DNA from: a virus
Length of the DNA: 64,000 bases
Strand: one strand, 5' to 3'
Virus record (IMG/VR): IMGVR_UViG_3300030329_005959
Location: 1-64,000 of that record
Shown here: positions 6,973-17,617 of the stretch, piece after piece
Numbering within the stretch: the first letter of the stretch is position 1
Layout of the letters: each line of letters starts with the position of its first letter
Translations under genes and position numbers: made by a program
Notes under the pieces: generated by a model
The model's input: only the letters and a program-made list of their open reading frames with translations
What the model was told of the DNA's origin: nothing
Database searches by the model: none

Positions 6973-8743
6973 AGCGAAAGTATTGCTTTATAAATTTCTA
7001 AAAGAAAATCCTTCATTTGCTTGTGAATTGTTTACTGGTGTTAAGTTATTCCCGTTTCAGCATATGGCTATTAAGGCTATGATGGAGTCCGACTACTTCT
7101 TGGGCATATGGAGTCGGGGGATGTCTAAAAGCTTCTCTACAGGCATTTTCGCGCTTCTAGACGCCATTCTAAATCAGGGGGTTCAGATAGGAATTTTGTC
7201 TAAGTCGTTTCGACAGTCTAAAATGATCTTCAAGAAAATTGAGGATATCTCAAAAAGCCCTAAAGCGACCTTCTTCTCTCAATGTATTACAAGAGTCTCT
7301 AAAATGAACGATGAGTGGATTATGGAGATCGGTCAAAGTAGTATACGAGCTTTGCCTTTGGGGGATGGTGAAAAACTCAGGGGGTTTCGTTTCCAGCGCA
7401 TGATTATTGATGAGTTGCTGCTGATGCCTGAAAAGATTTATAACGAGGTTATTATTCCTTTCTTATCTGTGGTGGAGAATCCTACTGAGCGCCAAGAGGT
7501 TTACGATCTAGAAACCCAGATGATTGAAAAGGGTAAAATGAAAGAGGAAGATAGAAGAAAGTGGCCGAACAACAAAATTATTGGCTTGTCATCTGCCTCA
7601 TACAAATTCGAATACCTTTATAAGATATATCAACAATATGAAAACCTCATTCTTAACGAAAACAAGCAGGATGGGGCGCATAGGACTATTATGCACTTTA
7701 GCTACGATTGTGCGCCCGAACAGCTCTATGACCAAAATCTAATTAGCCAGTCTAAAGCGACCATGAGCGACTCTCAGTTCGAAAGGGAATTTGGCGCTAT
7801 ATTTACAGACGACAGTTCAGGATATTTTAAAGTAAGTAAGATGGCAGCTTGCACAATACCAGACGGAGACGGTCAATGCGTCGAGGTGGTGGGCAACCCA
7901 AAAGATGAATATATTTTAGCTTTTGACCCCTCATGGTCTGAAAGCGAAAGTTCTGATGATTTTGCCATGCTGCTTATAAAGCTTAATAGGGACACAAGAA
8001 AGGGAACTGTTGTCCACAGTTATGCTTTATCAGGGGCTAATCTAAAAACCCATATAAAATATCTAGCCTACCTCTTAACCCACTTCAACATAGTAGCTAT
8101 TGTGGGTGATTACAATGGAGGAGTTCAATTTATAAACTCTTGCAATGAGAGTGATATATTTAAAAAAATAAATATTAAGCTGGGTGTTATAGAGGCGAAT
8201 TTAGATAAAGCTCAAGATTATGAAAAAGACCTTCGTAAGATAAAACACCAATATAACCAAAGCGAAAAAAACATTGTGTTTTTAAGGAAGCCTACTTCCG
8301 CGTGGATTAGAATAGCGAATGAGTCGTTACAATCTGCTTTCGATCATAAAAGAATATTTTTTGCAGGAGCCGCAATGAATGATGATTACAATATTCAGCG
8401 CAAAGCAAGGGTTCCTATTAAAGATTTAAAATTCCTTAGAAATGATCCTAACGAAAAGGGCGGGGCGGGGGCGCGAATGATTGATTTTGTGGAGCACCAG
8501 AAAGATATGATGGACTTAATAAAAGTCCAATGTGCTCTTATACAAATTACTACTTCTTTACAGGGAACACAAAGTTTTGATCTCCCCCCTAACTTGCGGA
8601 AACAAAAAGGTGCTGATAAGGCTAGAAAAGACTCCTACTCTGCCTTAGTTTTGGGGAATTGGGCGATGAATGTTTTTTATGATATGGAATCCGATGATGT
8701 GGGAAATGTGCAAACCACCTTTACTCCAATGTTCATTTCTTAA
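6878..8743 (+). CDS. terL: Terminase large subunit
   Basis: LFPFQ adenine motif, SRGMSKS Walker A, LRGFRFQRMIIDE Walker B, LSSA motif III, FEREFGAIF, YILAFDPS nuclease Asp, KDSYSAL. Confidence 0.9.
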   Translation: MAWKEGKQKLHREHKDINQLILGKEGYLEETEAKVLLYKFLKENPSFACELFTGVKLFPFQHMAIKAMMESDYFLGIWSRGMSKSFSTGIFALLDAILNQGVQIGILSKSFRQSKMIFKKIEDISKSPKATFFSQCITRVSKMNDEWIMEIGQSSIRALPLGDGEKLRGFRFQRMIIDELLLMPEKIYNEVIIPFLSVVENPTERQEVYDLETQMIEKGKMKEEDRRKWPNNKIIGLSSASYKFEYLYKIYQQYENLILNENKQDGAHRTIMHFSYDCAPEQLYDQNLISQSKATMSDSQFEREFGAIFTDDSSGYFKVSKMAACTIPDGDGQCVEVVGNPKDEYILAFDPSWSESESSDDFAMLLIKLNRDTRKGTVVHSYALSGANLKTHIKYLAYLLTHFNIVAIVGDYNGGVQFINSCNESDIFKKINIKLGVIEANLDKAQDYEKDLRKIKHQYNQSEKNIVFLRKPTSAWIRIANESLQSAFDHKRIFFAGAAMNDDYNIQRKARVPIKDLKFLRNDPNEKGGAGARMIDFVEHQKDMMDLIKVQCALIQITTSLQGTQSFDLPPNLRKQKGADKARKDSYSALVLGNWAMNVFYDMESDDVGNVQTTFTPMFIS

Positions 8744-8768
8744 CTTTTAAAAGTTGAAAGTTAACTTT
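8742..8768. promoter_or_regulatory. Two adjacent perfect palindromes upstream of the portal promoter motif
   Basis: AACTTTTAAAAGTT (8742-8755) and AAAGTTAACTTT (8757-8768), followed by GTGTAA at 8772. Confidence 0.5.
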
Positions 8769-8792
8769 GGGGTGTAATATGAACTACATTCC

Positions 8793-10766
8793 ATGTCTAA
8801 AAGAAAATATACCAAGCGTTCAGAATATTGGAAGCAATTTGACCCGAATGAGCATCCTTCCCTCCCTCCTAATTCGGAAGTCACACCCGAGCTTTTAGGG
8901 GAGCCCTTTTACACCTCGACGGCTTCCTTTGATTTTGTTTCAAACGCTAGGAGGCAAGCCCTTACCGATCAAAGCTATAAGGGTTCCCGAACTAATAGAG
9001 TAGCTTTTAACAATCCAAAAGATAGATTTTCTAGCATCAGGGTCGGGTTGCTGCCATATGAGTATGCCTCGGATGGAGTTACGGCTAGGGATGCTATCGA
9101 GTTATGTCAAAAAGCTTACGCTAATGTAGCTGTTTTTAGAAACGCTATAGATATAATGTCAGAATTCACCAACACTGACATCTATCTTGAGGGGGGTAGC
9201 CGTAAAAGTAGAGAGTTCTTTTACGAGTGGTTTAAAAGGATTAATCTTATTAGCCTTAAAGATCAATATTTTCGCGAATATTACAGAAGTGGAAACATTT
9301 TTCTTTATAGAATAGACGGGAAATTTAAAGCTCAAGATTATGCTAAGATTATAAATCAAGTAGGGGCGATAGGTGAGTCCACTAATAAAATTCCATTACG
9401 CTATGTTTTGCTTAATCCTTTTGATGTGGTAGCTAAAAGAGCTACGACTTTTAGTTATAGTGGAGCCTATCAGAAAGTTTTATCTGAATACGAAATAGCG
9501 AGGCTTGCGAGCCCACAAACGGATGAAGATTTGGCTATTTTCCAAGGATTAACACCAGAAACCCAAGAACAGATACAAGATGGGTCTTATTCGGGGAGGG
9601 GCATCCATATGGATTTAGATCCACAAAGGCTATCGTATTCGTTTTACAAGAAGCAAGATTACGAACCTTTTTCTATTCCTTTTGGCTTTCCCGTTTTAGA
9701 AGATATAAATGCCAAGCTGGAATTAAAGAAAATGGATCAGGCTATTACCCGCACGGTAGAAAATGTTATCTTGCTTATAACTATGGGTGCTGATCCAGAA
9801 AAAGGGGGAATCAATCCCAATAACATGGCGGCGATGCAAAACCTTTTCAAAAATGAGAGTGTGGGGCGCGTATTGGTTTCAGATTATACCACCAAGGCTG
9901 AGTTTATAATCCCCGAGCTAAACTTGGTTCTGGGACCAGAAAAATATCAAATACTTAATGACGATATTAAACAAGGCTTGCAAAACATTGTGGTGGGAGA
10001 AGAGAAGTTTAACTCCACTCAGGTAAAGGCACAAATCTTTATTGATCGTTTGCAAGAATCTCGTTATGGATTTTTAAATGATTTTCTTAATCGTGAAATA
10101 AAAAGAATAGCGAAAGAGCTGGGTTTAAGGTCTTGGCCAGAGGCTAAAATGAAAGATATTGACATGAGGGATGAAGTTCAGCTTATGAGAGCGTCTACTC
10201 GTTTAATGGAGCTGGGAATTATTACTCCTAAGCAGGGTATGGAAATGTTCCATAATGGTCGTTTTCCAGAGCCTGATGATCTCAACGATGCTCAAAAGGA
10301 CTTCTTGGAAGAGAGGGAACAAGGTTACTATAACCCTATAGTCGGGGGGGTTCCTGTGGTCGCTCCTGCTGGCGGTAGCGGGAATGGCCCCCGCAAAGAA
10401 GCAGGAAGGCCAGAGGGGACAACAGATATTCCGCTTGCGAACGCAAAGTATTCTAGAGCTAATATTCAAAAAACTATCTATGATATTGATAACTTGATCT
10501 TCGAAGGTAAAGCTAAATTAATTGAAAAATTAAAAGCAAAAGAATTAACAAGTGATCAAGAAGAAATGGTGAGTAGTCTGTGTGAATCTATTGTTTGCTC
10601 GCAGCCCAAAGAATATTGGGGAGAAACGCTGCAATCATGTGTAAAGGATTTTAACGAAATTGAGAATTTAGAAACTTTGAAGGAAGTTTTAAACATCTCT
10701 GCCGAACATAGCTTGGAAGCATATCCAGCAGCAATTTTATATCATAGCCATGAAAAAGAAGCTTAA
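8793..10766 (+). CDS. Portal protein
   Basis: 657 aa directly after TerL. AYANVAVFRNAIDIMSEF, YYRSGNIFLY and ELGIITPKQ are portal-like segments. Confidence 0.8.
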   Translation: MSKRKYTKRSEYWKQFDPNEHPSLPPNSEVTPELLGEPFYTSTASFDFVSNARRQALTDQSYKGSRTNRVAFNNPKDRFSSIRVGLLPYEYASDGVTARDAIELCQKAYANVAVFRNAIDIMSEFTNTDIYLEGGSRKSREFFYEWFKRINLISLKDQYFREYYRSGNIFLYRIDGKFKAQDYAKIINQVGAIGESTNKIPLRYVLLNPFDVVAKRATTFSYSGAYQKVLSEYEIARLASPQTDEDLAIFQGLTPETQEQIQDGSYSGRGIHMDLDPQRLSYSFYKKQDYEPFSIPFGFPVLEDINAKLELKKMDQAITRTVENVILLITMGADPEKGGINPNNMAAMQNLFKNESVGRVLVSDYTTKAEFIIPELNLVLGPEKYQILNDDIKQGLQNIVVGEEKFNSTQVKAQIFIDRLQESRYGFLNDFLNREIKRIAKELGLRSWPEAKMKDIDMRDEVQLMRASTRLMELGIITPKQGMEMFHNGRFPEPDDLNDAQKDFLEEREQGYYNPIVGGVPVVAPAGGSGNGPRKEAGRPEGTTDIPLANAKYSRANIQKTIYDIDNLIFEGKAKLIEKLKAKELTSDQEEMVSSLCESIVCSQPKEYWGETLQSCVKDFNEIENLETLKEVLNISAEHSLEAYPAAILYHSHEKEA

Positions 10767-11514
10767 ATCCAATTATTCAATTAACGAAGACTCAGTTGAA
10801 GTCTCTATAACTAAAGAAGCGGAGGCTGGTTACGGCAAGCCTTACCCCGAGCTTCAAGAGGAAAAGAGAGAAATTACCTTAGATCAAGACAAAAGAGATA
10901 AGCAAGAGTTGCATCATGAGACGTTGAAAGAAATGTTAAAACATCACGAAGATGCCGTAAAAAATGTTAAAGCTGAGATCGCTGCCCTCGAAAAAGACAT
11001 GAGGGAGGACAAAGGAGATATTCGCAGAGAGGCTGATGCTGCCGAAAAAACCAAGAAGCAGTGGGACAAAATTGATAAGAAAGAGCTAAAGCAAGACACT
11101 AAAAAGCAGAAAGAGGAGCATGAAGAGGACGCTATCGAGGATGACAAGAGCAAAATCAAAAAATTAAACAAAGGTAAGCCTTCCGAGAAAAAAGAAGCGG
11201 AAAAAAAAGCTCTCAAGAAAGACATCCAATACGATAAAAAGTCAAAAAAGAGCTATGCTCAGATGTTGATTGATATTGCTGCTGAAAGATTTGGCGGGAA
11301 AAAACGCAGCGCTTTAAAGGATAGTGATTTTCTTGATCCCAAGAGGCGCTCTTTTCCTGTGATGTCTGCTCAAGATGTGAAAGACGCTGTTAGTAGCTGG
11401 GGTCGTTATAAAGGCTCAATGACTTTTGATGAGTTTAAAGCTAAATTAATCCGTAGAGCCAAGAAAATTGGAGCCGAAAGCGCTCTTCCCAAGAGTTGGA
11501 CTAATAAAAAGTGA
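10750..11514 (+). CDS. Charged head-module protein
   Basis: Lys/Glu coiled coil followed by RSALKDSDFLDPKRRSFPV, a small domain type often seen in phage head modules. Confidence 0.55.
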   Translation: MKKKLKSNYSINEDSVEVSITKEAEAGYGKPYPELQEEKREITLDQDKRDKQELHHETLKEMLKHHEDAVKNVKAEIAALEKDMREDKGDIRREADAAEKTKKQWDKIDKKELKQDTKKQKEEHEEDAIEDDKSKIKKLNKGKPSEKKEAEKKALKKDIQYDKKSKKSYAQMLIDIAAERFGGKKRSALKDSDFLDPKRRSFPVMSAQDVKDAVSSWGRYKGSMTFDEFKAKLIRRAKKIGAESALPKSWTNKK

Positions 11515-11515
11515 C

Positions 11516-13006
11516 ATGGATTATAAATACACCACCACTTTTGAATCCCCCCTTTTGGCTTGCGAGATTAATGAATCTTCATTGATTTCCAAGGCGTCTT
11601 TAGAGACTTTAGCCCCGCTTGTTCCTTCTGATATTGATTACGAAAGTAATATAGATTTACTTGGAGTAGCCTTTAATGCGGCAGTAGTAAACAAATTTAA
11701 CAAAAACGGGGATGGTATGGACGCGGCTACAGCCGTGGAATATACAAATAACTTTATTCATAAACCCACCAATATCGAACACGACAAGAATAAGATCGTG
11801 GGTCATATCGCAGCTGCGGGTTATAGTGAATTTGGGTCTAATAAATTATTAAGCGCAGAACAAGCTAAAAAGACTACAGGGCCATTTAATATCGCTCTGG
11901 GTGCCGTTCTTTATAAAACAGTTAATGAAAATTTTACTACTCTCGTAGAAAAATCTCTCGATCCCAATGACGCTGCTTTTGAAAAGGTGTCCGCTAGTTG
12001 GGAAGTAGGTTTCAATAACTATGTTTTGGCGGTGGGAAGCGATATGTTGAGTGAGGCTAGAATCGTTTCCGATCCTGATGAAATTTTAGAATTACAAGGG
12101 TTTTTAAGGAGTTGTGGTGGTAATGGCACAACCGATGATGGGGAAAGTGTTCACAGGTTGATTGTTGGGGATATTTATCCCTTGGGTATTGCATATACTC
12201 TTAATCCTGCTGCCCAAGTAAAAGGTCTCTATAGTCAAATACCTAAAAAGTCCCATGTTTTTATAAATGATAAAAGGGATAAAATTTCACAAAATAATAA
12301 TTTAAATGTAAACAACGAAAAGAACTTTATCGACATGGAAATGGAAAAGACTCTGAACGAACTTAAAGAACTTCTAATTGAGAAGAAATTCTCTAAAGAA
12401 GCAGTCGCCTCAATGACTGATACTTTTGACCAAGCTATCCGAGAGCGGGATGAACAATACCGCAAGGATATTGAGGAACAAAGGCTCGCCAAAGAGGGCG
12501 TAACGAAGGAATACGAGGAACTGAAGTCCTCCGTTTCTGAGTTGGAAGAAAAACTTAATTCCGCTAATGAGCGGATTTTAGTTTTTGAAAAAGAAAAGAA
12601 AGCTGAAGAGGCGGTTGCATCTTTCAATGAGCGTATGGACAAGCTGGACGAAAAGTTTGAACTTGACGACGAAGATCGCGGGTTTCTTGCTACTGAGCTT
12701 AAGACTGTGGAAAGCGACGAGGATTATGAGTCCTTTGCGTCCAAATTAGAAGTTCTTTGGAAGCATAAGAACAAAGAGGTTCAAGCAGAGTTTGATGCTC
12801 AAATCCAAGCACGGATTGACGAAGAGGTCGCCAAGAGGGTTTCTACAGCTTCTACCGAAGAGGTGAAGATCGAAGAGGCCCTTGATAGCGCCGAGCAAAC
12901 TGACCCAGCTGTTTCTAATGCTAACGAAGCTGTGGCGTCAGAGAAATCTAGCTTCCGCGATAAATTTAAAGCCGCGTTTTCCCGCGACAATATTGAAATT
13001 TCTTAA
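11516..13006 (+). CDS. Prohead protease-scaffold fusion
   Basis: N-terminal FNKNGDG, KPTNIEH...IVGHI and SASWEVG protease-like motifs; long acidic coiled-coil C-terminus; between portal and capsid. Confidence 0.7.
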   Translation: MDYKYTTTFESPLLACEINESSLISKASLETLAPLVPSDIDYESNIDLLGVAFNAAVVNKFNKNGDGMDAATAVEYTNNFIHKPTNIEHDKNKIVGHIAAAGYSEFGSNKLLSAEQAKKTTGPFNIALGAVLYKTVNENFTTLVEKSLDPNDAAFEKVSASWEVGFNNYVLAVGSDMLSEARIVSDPDEILELQGFLRSCGGNGTTDDGESVHRLIVGDIYPLGIAYTLNPAAQVKGLYSQIPKKSHVFINDKRDKISQNNNLNVNNEKNFIDMEMEKTLNELKELLIEKKFSKEAVASMTDTFDQAIRERDEQYRKDIEEQRLAKEGVTKEYEELKSSVSELEEKLNSANERILVFEKEKKAEEAVASFNERMDKLDEKFELDDEDRGFLATELKTVESDEDYESFASKLEVLWKHKNKEVQAEFDAQIQARIDEEVAKRVSTASTEEVKIEEALDSAEQTDPAVSNANEAVASEKSSFRDKFKAAFSRDNIEIS

Positions 13007-13026
13007 AAAACTAAACACAAAACATT

Positions 13027-13668
13027 ATGTCTTTACGAATTCTACCATTCAGACAATATTCTGACCATGATGTCGTGAACCTTTATGCACTGGAAAGTGA
13101 TGACGTTCTCGATAGCACTACTGGATCAGGCGGCGGCGATGCTGGCGTCTTTGTGACAGTATCCGCAGGTAACTTCGATGATGATCCGATTACTTACCAA
13201 ACAAACGCTTATCTGGGTGACACCAGCTATCCGTTTCTTGGGACTACGGAGATGTATCCTCAAGCTAACCTGAAGGTGACGGGCGCTGGATCTGGAGTTA
13301 TCCCCTTGGGAATTACTCTCTTCCAGACTGCAAAAAATGACGAGAACGGCGAAAAGCTTCTCTATCATCCAACCAAGCAAACTGAGCTACAGGCGATGCT
13401 TCCAGGGCAAGCTGTTCCTATTGCGACTAAAGGAGTCTTTACTTTAAGCAAGGACGCTATCGCGGGAGAAGCTTTACACGCTGATTTGGGTCTCGGAAGC
13501 GGAATCAGGATTGCGGACGCAACTGCTGATGTCGGCCAAATTACTGGCTGTCTTCCCACTCATGATAACGCTTTTGGAACCGTTCTTGGAACGGGCAATC
13601 GCGCTAACGTTGGAATAACCACTGACCAGTTCTCTGGCGATTACATCGTCGTGAAGATTGATTGCTAA
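13027..13668 (+). CDS. Head decoration/cement protein
   Basis: Gly-rich beta protein immediately upstream of the major capsid gene. Confidence 0.55.
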   Translation: MSLRILPFRQYSDHDVVNLYALESDDVLDSTTGSGGGDAGVFVTVSAGNFDDDPITYQTNAYLGDTSYPFLGTTEMYPQANLKVTGAGSGVIPLGITLFQTAKNDENGEKLLYHPTKQTELQAMLPGQAVPIATKGVFTLSKDAIAGEALHADLGLGSGIRIADATADVGQITGCLPTHDNAFGTVLGTGNRANVGITTDQFSGDYIVVKIDC

Positions 13669-13688
13669 TTTGAAAGGACTTTATAATC

Positions 13689-14855
13689 ATGAAAATTACT
13701 TTAAAAAGAACTCCAGAACAAGTCGAGCTTGTAAAAGCTATGGCTTCGCGGAATCGCGCTGTTGCTTATGAAGCGCAGGTAGCTCTTGCTGAATTCATCG
13801 GACCAGTTTTGGCCGAGGTTCTCAATAATGCTCCTACCGTAAGCAACCTGTTCCAGTCTCTTCAGTTTGATGCTGATGACAACCCCAGCATTCCGCTGGA
13901 TCTCTACTACAACATCGCTGACGAAGATTACGTTAGGGTGTGGACTCAGAGCCACGCAGGGGGTCTCCCCAGTAACCAAGTATTGCCTACCGCTTCTGAA
14001 TTGAAGCTGGCTACTTACAGCCTTGATACTGCGGTCGATTTTGATCGTCGTTACGCTGCTAAGAGCCGCATGGACGTTGTGAGCAAGACTTTCACTCGGG
14101 TGGCACAAGAGATTCTTCTTAAGCAGGAGCGCACTTCCGCGACTCTTCTTATGACTTCTCTCCAAGGGGCAGCGATTAAAACTTCGCCTAACTTCGAACA
14201 GAAGCAGGTTTTCCGTGGAGCGCTTGCTGGGTCTCTCCTTCTTGACGATATTAACAATCTGTTTACTCTTGGTAAGCGTATCAACAGTTCGTGGATTGCA
14301 GGAACTGCCACTACTCGCACTAGGGGGATTACCGATCTGATCGTTTCTCCTGAGATTGTGGGAAGTATCCGCGCTATGGCTTACAATCCTGTCAACACCC
14401 GTGGTGGTGATGGTGCGGGAGCCGCAGGAGATGCTACAACTGCTAATCCTATCGCAGCTACTGATGAGCTTCGCAACTCAATCTTCAACAATGCAGGTTT
14501 GACTAGCTTCATGGGTCTTAACATCTTGGAATATCAGGAGATGGGGCAGGGCCAGAAGTTCAACACTATTTTCGACACGGCGGCAGGTGGCACTACTTGG
14601 GACACCTTTGGTGACGCTGCTGGTGCTGGTGCTGCTGCTTTCAACGGTGATAACGAGGAAATCGTTGTTGGTGTTGATCGCAGTCGCGATTCACTTATCC
14701 GCGCCGTTGCTACGGACGCTGAAAGCGGAAGCGAGTTCAACCTGATCGCTGATGATCAGTATAGCATCCGTCAGAACAAGATCGGCTACTTCGGCTCTGT
14801 CGAAGAGGGCCGTGTGGTTCTCGATAACCGTGTTCTTATGGGAGTTATTTGCTAA
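13689..14855 (+). CDS. Major capsid protein
   Basis: 388 aa, after protease and decoration genes, followed by a strong terminator. ITDLIVSPE and FMGLNILE resemble HK97-fold segments. Confidence 0.8.
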   Translation: MKITLKRTPEQVELVKAMASRNRAVAYEAQVALAEFIGPVLAEVLNNAPTVSNLFQSLQFDADDNPSIPLDLYYNIADEDYVRVWTQSHAGGLPSNQVLPTASELKLATYSLDTAVDFDRRYAAKSRMDVVSKTFTRVAQEILLKQERTSATLLMTSLQGAAIKTSPNFEQKQVFRGALAGSLLLDDINNLFTLGKRINSSWIAGTATTRTRGITDLIVSPEIVGSIRAMAYNPVNTRGGDGAGAAGDATTANPIAATDELRNSIFNNAGLTSFMGLNILEYQEMGQGQKFNTIFDTAAGGTTWDTFGDAAGAGAAAFNGDNEEIVVGVDRSRDSLIRAVATDAESGSEFNLIADDQYSIRQNKIGYFGSVEEGRVVLDNRVLMGVIC

Positions 14856-14875
14856 TCAAAACCCTATATAAATTT

Positions 14876-14906
14876 AAAGCCGCTCTTTCGGGAGCGGCTT
14901 TTTTTT
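14876..14906 (+). terminator. Rho-independent terminator after the capsid gene
   Basis: AAAGCCGCTC-tttcgg-GAGCGGCTTT followed by a T-run. Confidence 0.9.
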
Positions 14907-14939
14907 GTGCAATTTTTGCTATAAGTGTATATAATAGAT

Positions 14940-15386
14940 ATGGCTAAGAAGAAAGCAGCTAAGAAAAAAGCCCCCTTTAAAGAGGTAACCACAGGTCAAG
15001 AACAGCCTGTTAAAAAGGGACTTATTGAGGAATTGGAAGAGCTTAAGGAGAAGGGGGAGACGAGCACCGCCCGATATCAAGAACTATTGAAAGAGGTGGA
15101 AGTTATTTTCGGCACAGGTGAAACCAATACGTTTGGGACTAATGATATAAACGTCCTTAAAGAAAGGCTTAATAAAATGAGCAAAGCTGATCTTCAAGAG
15201 TTCTCTAGGAAGGTGGGAGTAAATCCCTATTATGACAGGGGGATTGTCTTAGATAATATTATTAAAGAATTTAATCGTTATCAAAGTCGTGGTAATATTC
15301 ACACAGCCCCCCAAGCTGTTCCTGCTTTAGAATTAGATCCTGATAATCCAAAGCATAAAGATCTTCTAGATTGGTTAAATAGCTAA
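14940..15386 (+). CDS. Hypothetical protein
   Basis: MAKKKAAKK...; ATG 9 nt after GTGTAT. Confidence 0.7.
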   Translation: MAKKKAAKKKAPFKEVTTGQEQPVKKGLIEELEELKEKGETSTARYQELLKEVEVIFGTGETNTFGTNDINVLKERLNKMSKADLQEFSRKVGVNPYYDRGIVLDNIIKEFNRYQSRGNIHTAPQAVPALELDPDNPKHKDLLDWLNS

Positions 15387-15405
15387 ATAGTGTGTAATAC
15401 ATTAT

Positions 15406-15900
15406 ATGGCCACCGTATTAGAAGATCTCGCTTCAGGAATTGTAGTCACCGAATTTGACGGAGATACAGGTATAGCAACTGTGGCTAATGTTAGTGGCTG
15501 GCTTTACGAAAACCTCGGCCAAGTTAACACTTATTTATATACTGATTTTAGCGGAGCTGGCGCTAGTGGCACTTATGGCGCAATGGATATAGAGGCTCAA
15601 AATGTCCTCAAAGAACTCTACCTTTGTAATTACTATAATAAGCAAGCGAGAAACGCCCTCAGAGGCATCGCGACCTCTACGGTTAGTGGAGATAACATTT
15701 TGTCTTTAAAGGACGGAGAAAGCTCTGTGACGTTCGTTAACCGCAATGAGGTGTCGAAGGTCTACAGGGGGCTCGCAAGCGATTGTATGGAGAAGGTGAC
15801 GCGATTAGCGGCTCAATACAATATCTATCAGGCGCAGCCGCGCCAGCTAGGAGGTATAGACGCAAGCGGGTATGCAACAAGTTATCCTAATCCCTATTAA
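15406..15900 (+). CDS. Putative head-tail adaptor
   Basis: Helical N-terminus, then ILSLKDGESSVTF beta hairpin typical of adaptor proteins; follows the capsid gene. Confidence 0.55.
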   Translation: MATVLEDLASGIVVTEFDGDTGIATVANVSGWLYENLGQVNTYLYTDFSGAGASGTYGAMDIEAQNVLKELYLCNYYNKQARNALRGIATSTVSGDNILSLKDGESSVTFVNRNEVSKVYRGLASDCMEKVTRLAAQYNIYQAQPRQLGGIDASGYATSYPNPY

Positions 15901-15905
15901 AGTGA

Positions 15906-16139
15906 TTAGAGAGAGTCTTGGATAGCTTTTTTATTCTTAAGATATTCAGCGCGAAGAGCTTTTTCGTTTTTGGGAGAAGCTTTCCTGTCAGCGACGAATT
16001 TCTTTTTTAACTCTCCAAGGGTGAGAGGAGCAGCAGCCTTAGGTTGAGGGGTTTCCTTTTTAGGAGCGGGGGCCTCTTTTTTAGGCTCTTTTTTAGGCTC
16101 GTTTTTTTTAGCGCGAGTAGTCTTTTTAGAAGAAGGCAT
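15906..16139 (-). CDS. Small Lys/Pro-rich basic protein
   Basis: KKNEPKKEPKKEAPAPKKETP repeats. Confidence 0.65.
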   Translation of the reverse strand: MPSSKKTTRAKKNEPKKEPKKEAPAPKKETPQPKAAAPLTLGELKKKFVADRKASPKNEKALRAEYLKNKKAIQDSL

Positions 16140-16141
16140 GA

Positions 16142-16432
16142 TTAAAAGTGGTTTGGTGCTTCATCAAAAATAGCCCCTATAAGAATCCCTACATCAGAGG
16201 TATATTCGATCCCAAAATGAGCGGCGGCTTCTTTCATGAAGTTTGGGTTTTCAAAATGTTTATTAACGTGGAAATATACCTCTTCAAGATTAGTCCATGG
16301 GGGAGTCCAAGAGGAAGATGGTGCCGTGACAGAGGCTTTCTCTGCCACGACTTTTTTCTTCGGAGATTCTTCTTTCTTAGGAGATTCTTCTTTTTTGCTA
16401 GGCTTACCCCAGCTGTGATGTTTAGAACTCAT
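16142..16432 (-). CDS. Small protein with SPKK repeats
   Basis: KKEESPKKEESPKKK, encoded by an 18-bp direct repeat near 16361-16396. Confidence 0.65.
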   Translation of the reverse strand: MSSKHHSWGKPSKKEESPKKEESPKKKVVAEKASVTAPSSSWTPPWTNLEEVYFHVNKHFENPNFMKEAAAHFGIEYTSDVGILIGAIFDEAPNHF

Positions 16433-16443
16433 GAAAAGTTATC

Positions 16444-17568
16444 TTAGTTTGTTAGTGGAGGATCAAAAACTTTACCAGTTCCAGCGCCACTAAGGTATAC
16501 TCCGTCATCAAGATCTTCAGGACCACCGATTTGAGTGGAAAATGTAAGGTCAACAGACTTATTAGCTCCTATGCTAGAACTCCAGCTTTCGCTTTCAACC
16601 AAAGCTCCTGAGAAGCCCCAGATTAACGCATCAGCGCCATTTTCGTCTTTCATGGTGATCGTCACATTCCGTTCGGCAGCGTTCAGTTGACTCGCAAGGT
16701 TAACTGCGTCAGTTTCGTTCATAAGAGCACTGACACTAAGAGTGGAAACCACGGGGAAATCCACAGTTCGTGCAAATGCGAAGGTGCTTCCTAAGCGATC
16801 CAGAGGAGTTCTGGAAAGAGGAATCGAAATAGTCGCACTTTGAACGTGGATTCCTGTAGTCGCACTAAGATCAGAAATAGTTTCGCCGTCGAATCCAGTA
16901 AGATCTAAGGTAATATCTCCTGGGCGCAATGCCTTAATTGTTTGGCCTGAGGCGTCCGATTTTCCATCAGGCAAGGTAACATTGTTGGAGGTAAACTCCG
17001 ATCCGTCCGATTGGTTAACAGCTGGGCTTTTGATTGCGTTACCCACCGAAGAGCGAACGTTAGCACCTTCCATGGAAACAGAGGCGGTCGGAAGTGATCC
17101 TACAGATAGATCAATAGAATAGTCAGTAAGATAACAATTACCGATACCGATAACTTTATCTAAGTGGTCAAAACTTTCTAACTTGTTTAAGTCTACTCCA
17201 GCAGGAGTTGTGGCGACGTAAACATTCACTCCAGATCCTTCACTAAGGTGGCCTGAGGCGAAGTTACCTTGCGGCTGGGTCGCAAGATCCCCAGTCCCTG
17301 TCTCAACGAAGAAGTCTAAAGCTCTTTCATTGAAGCCATCCGTAAGGTAATATGAAAAATCAACATTAACTGTCGGTGGTTCAAGAACCAAGGAATCAAT
17401 ACGGGCGAGTTCGCCGTATTGGTTTACGTCTTGACGGTTGATCGTATAACTGTAGTTAGCACTTTGTATGCGCGTCAGTTGTTCATGATCGCCCGATCCT
17501 GTGTCTGAGGCGTCCCTACTCACATACAGACCCTCTGATTGGTAAATTACTCTATTTCTGCTGGCCAT
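16444..17568 (-). CDS. Major tail tube protein (internally duplicated)
   Basis: Two related halves (RIQSANYSYTINRQDVNQYG and HVQSATISIPLSRTPLDRLG); follows the neck genes. Confidence 0.7.
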   Translation of the reverse strand: MASRNRVIYQSEGLYVSRDASDTGSGDHEQLTRIQSANYSYTINRQDVNQYGELARIDSLVLEPPTVNVDFSYYLTDGFNERALDFFVETGTGDLATQPQGNFASGHLSEGSGVNVYVATTPAGVDLNKLESFDHLDKVIGIGNCYLTDYSIDLSVGSLPTASVSMEGANVRSSVGNAIKSPAVNQSDGSEFTSNNVTLPDGKSDASGQTIKALRPGDITLDLTGFDGETISDLSATTGIHVQSATISIPLSRTPLDRLGSTFAFARTVDFPVVSTLSVSALMNETDAVNLASQLNAAERNVTITMKDENGADALIWGFSGALVESESWSSSIGANKSVDLTFSTQIGGPEDLDDGVYLSGAGTGKVFDPPLTN

Positions 17569-17617
17569 GATAAAAGATTCTTTCCTTTGTTTACAGTTTT
17601 ATTATTAAAATGTGAAA

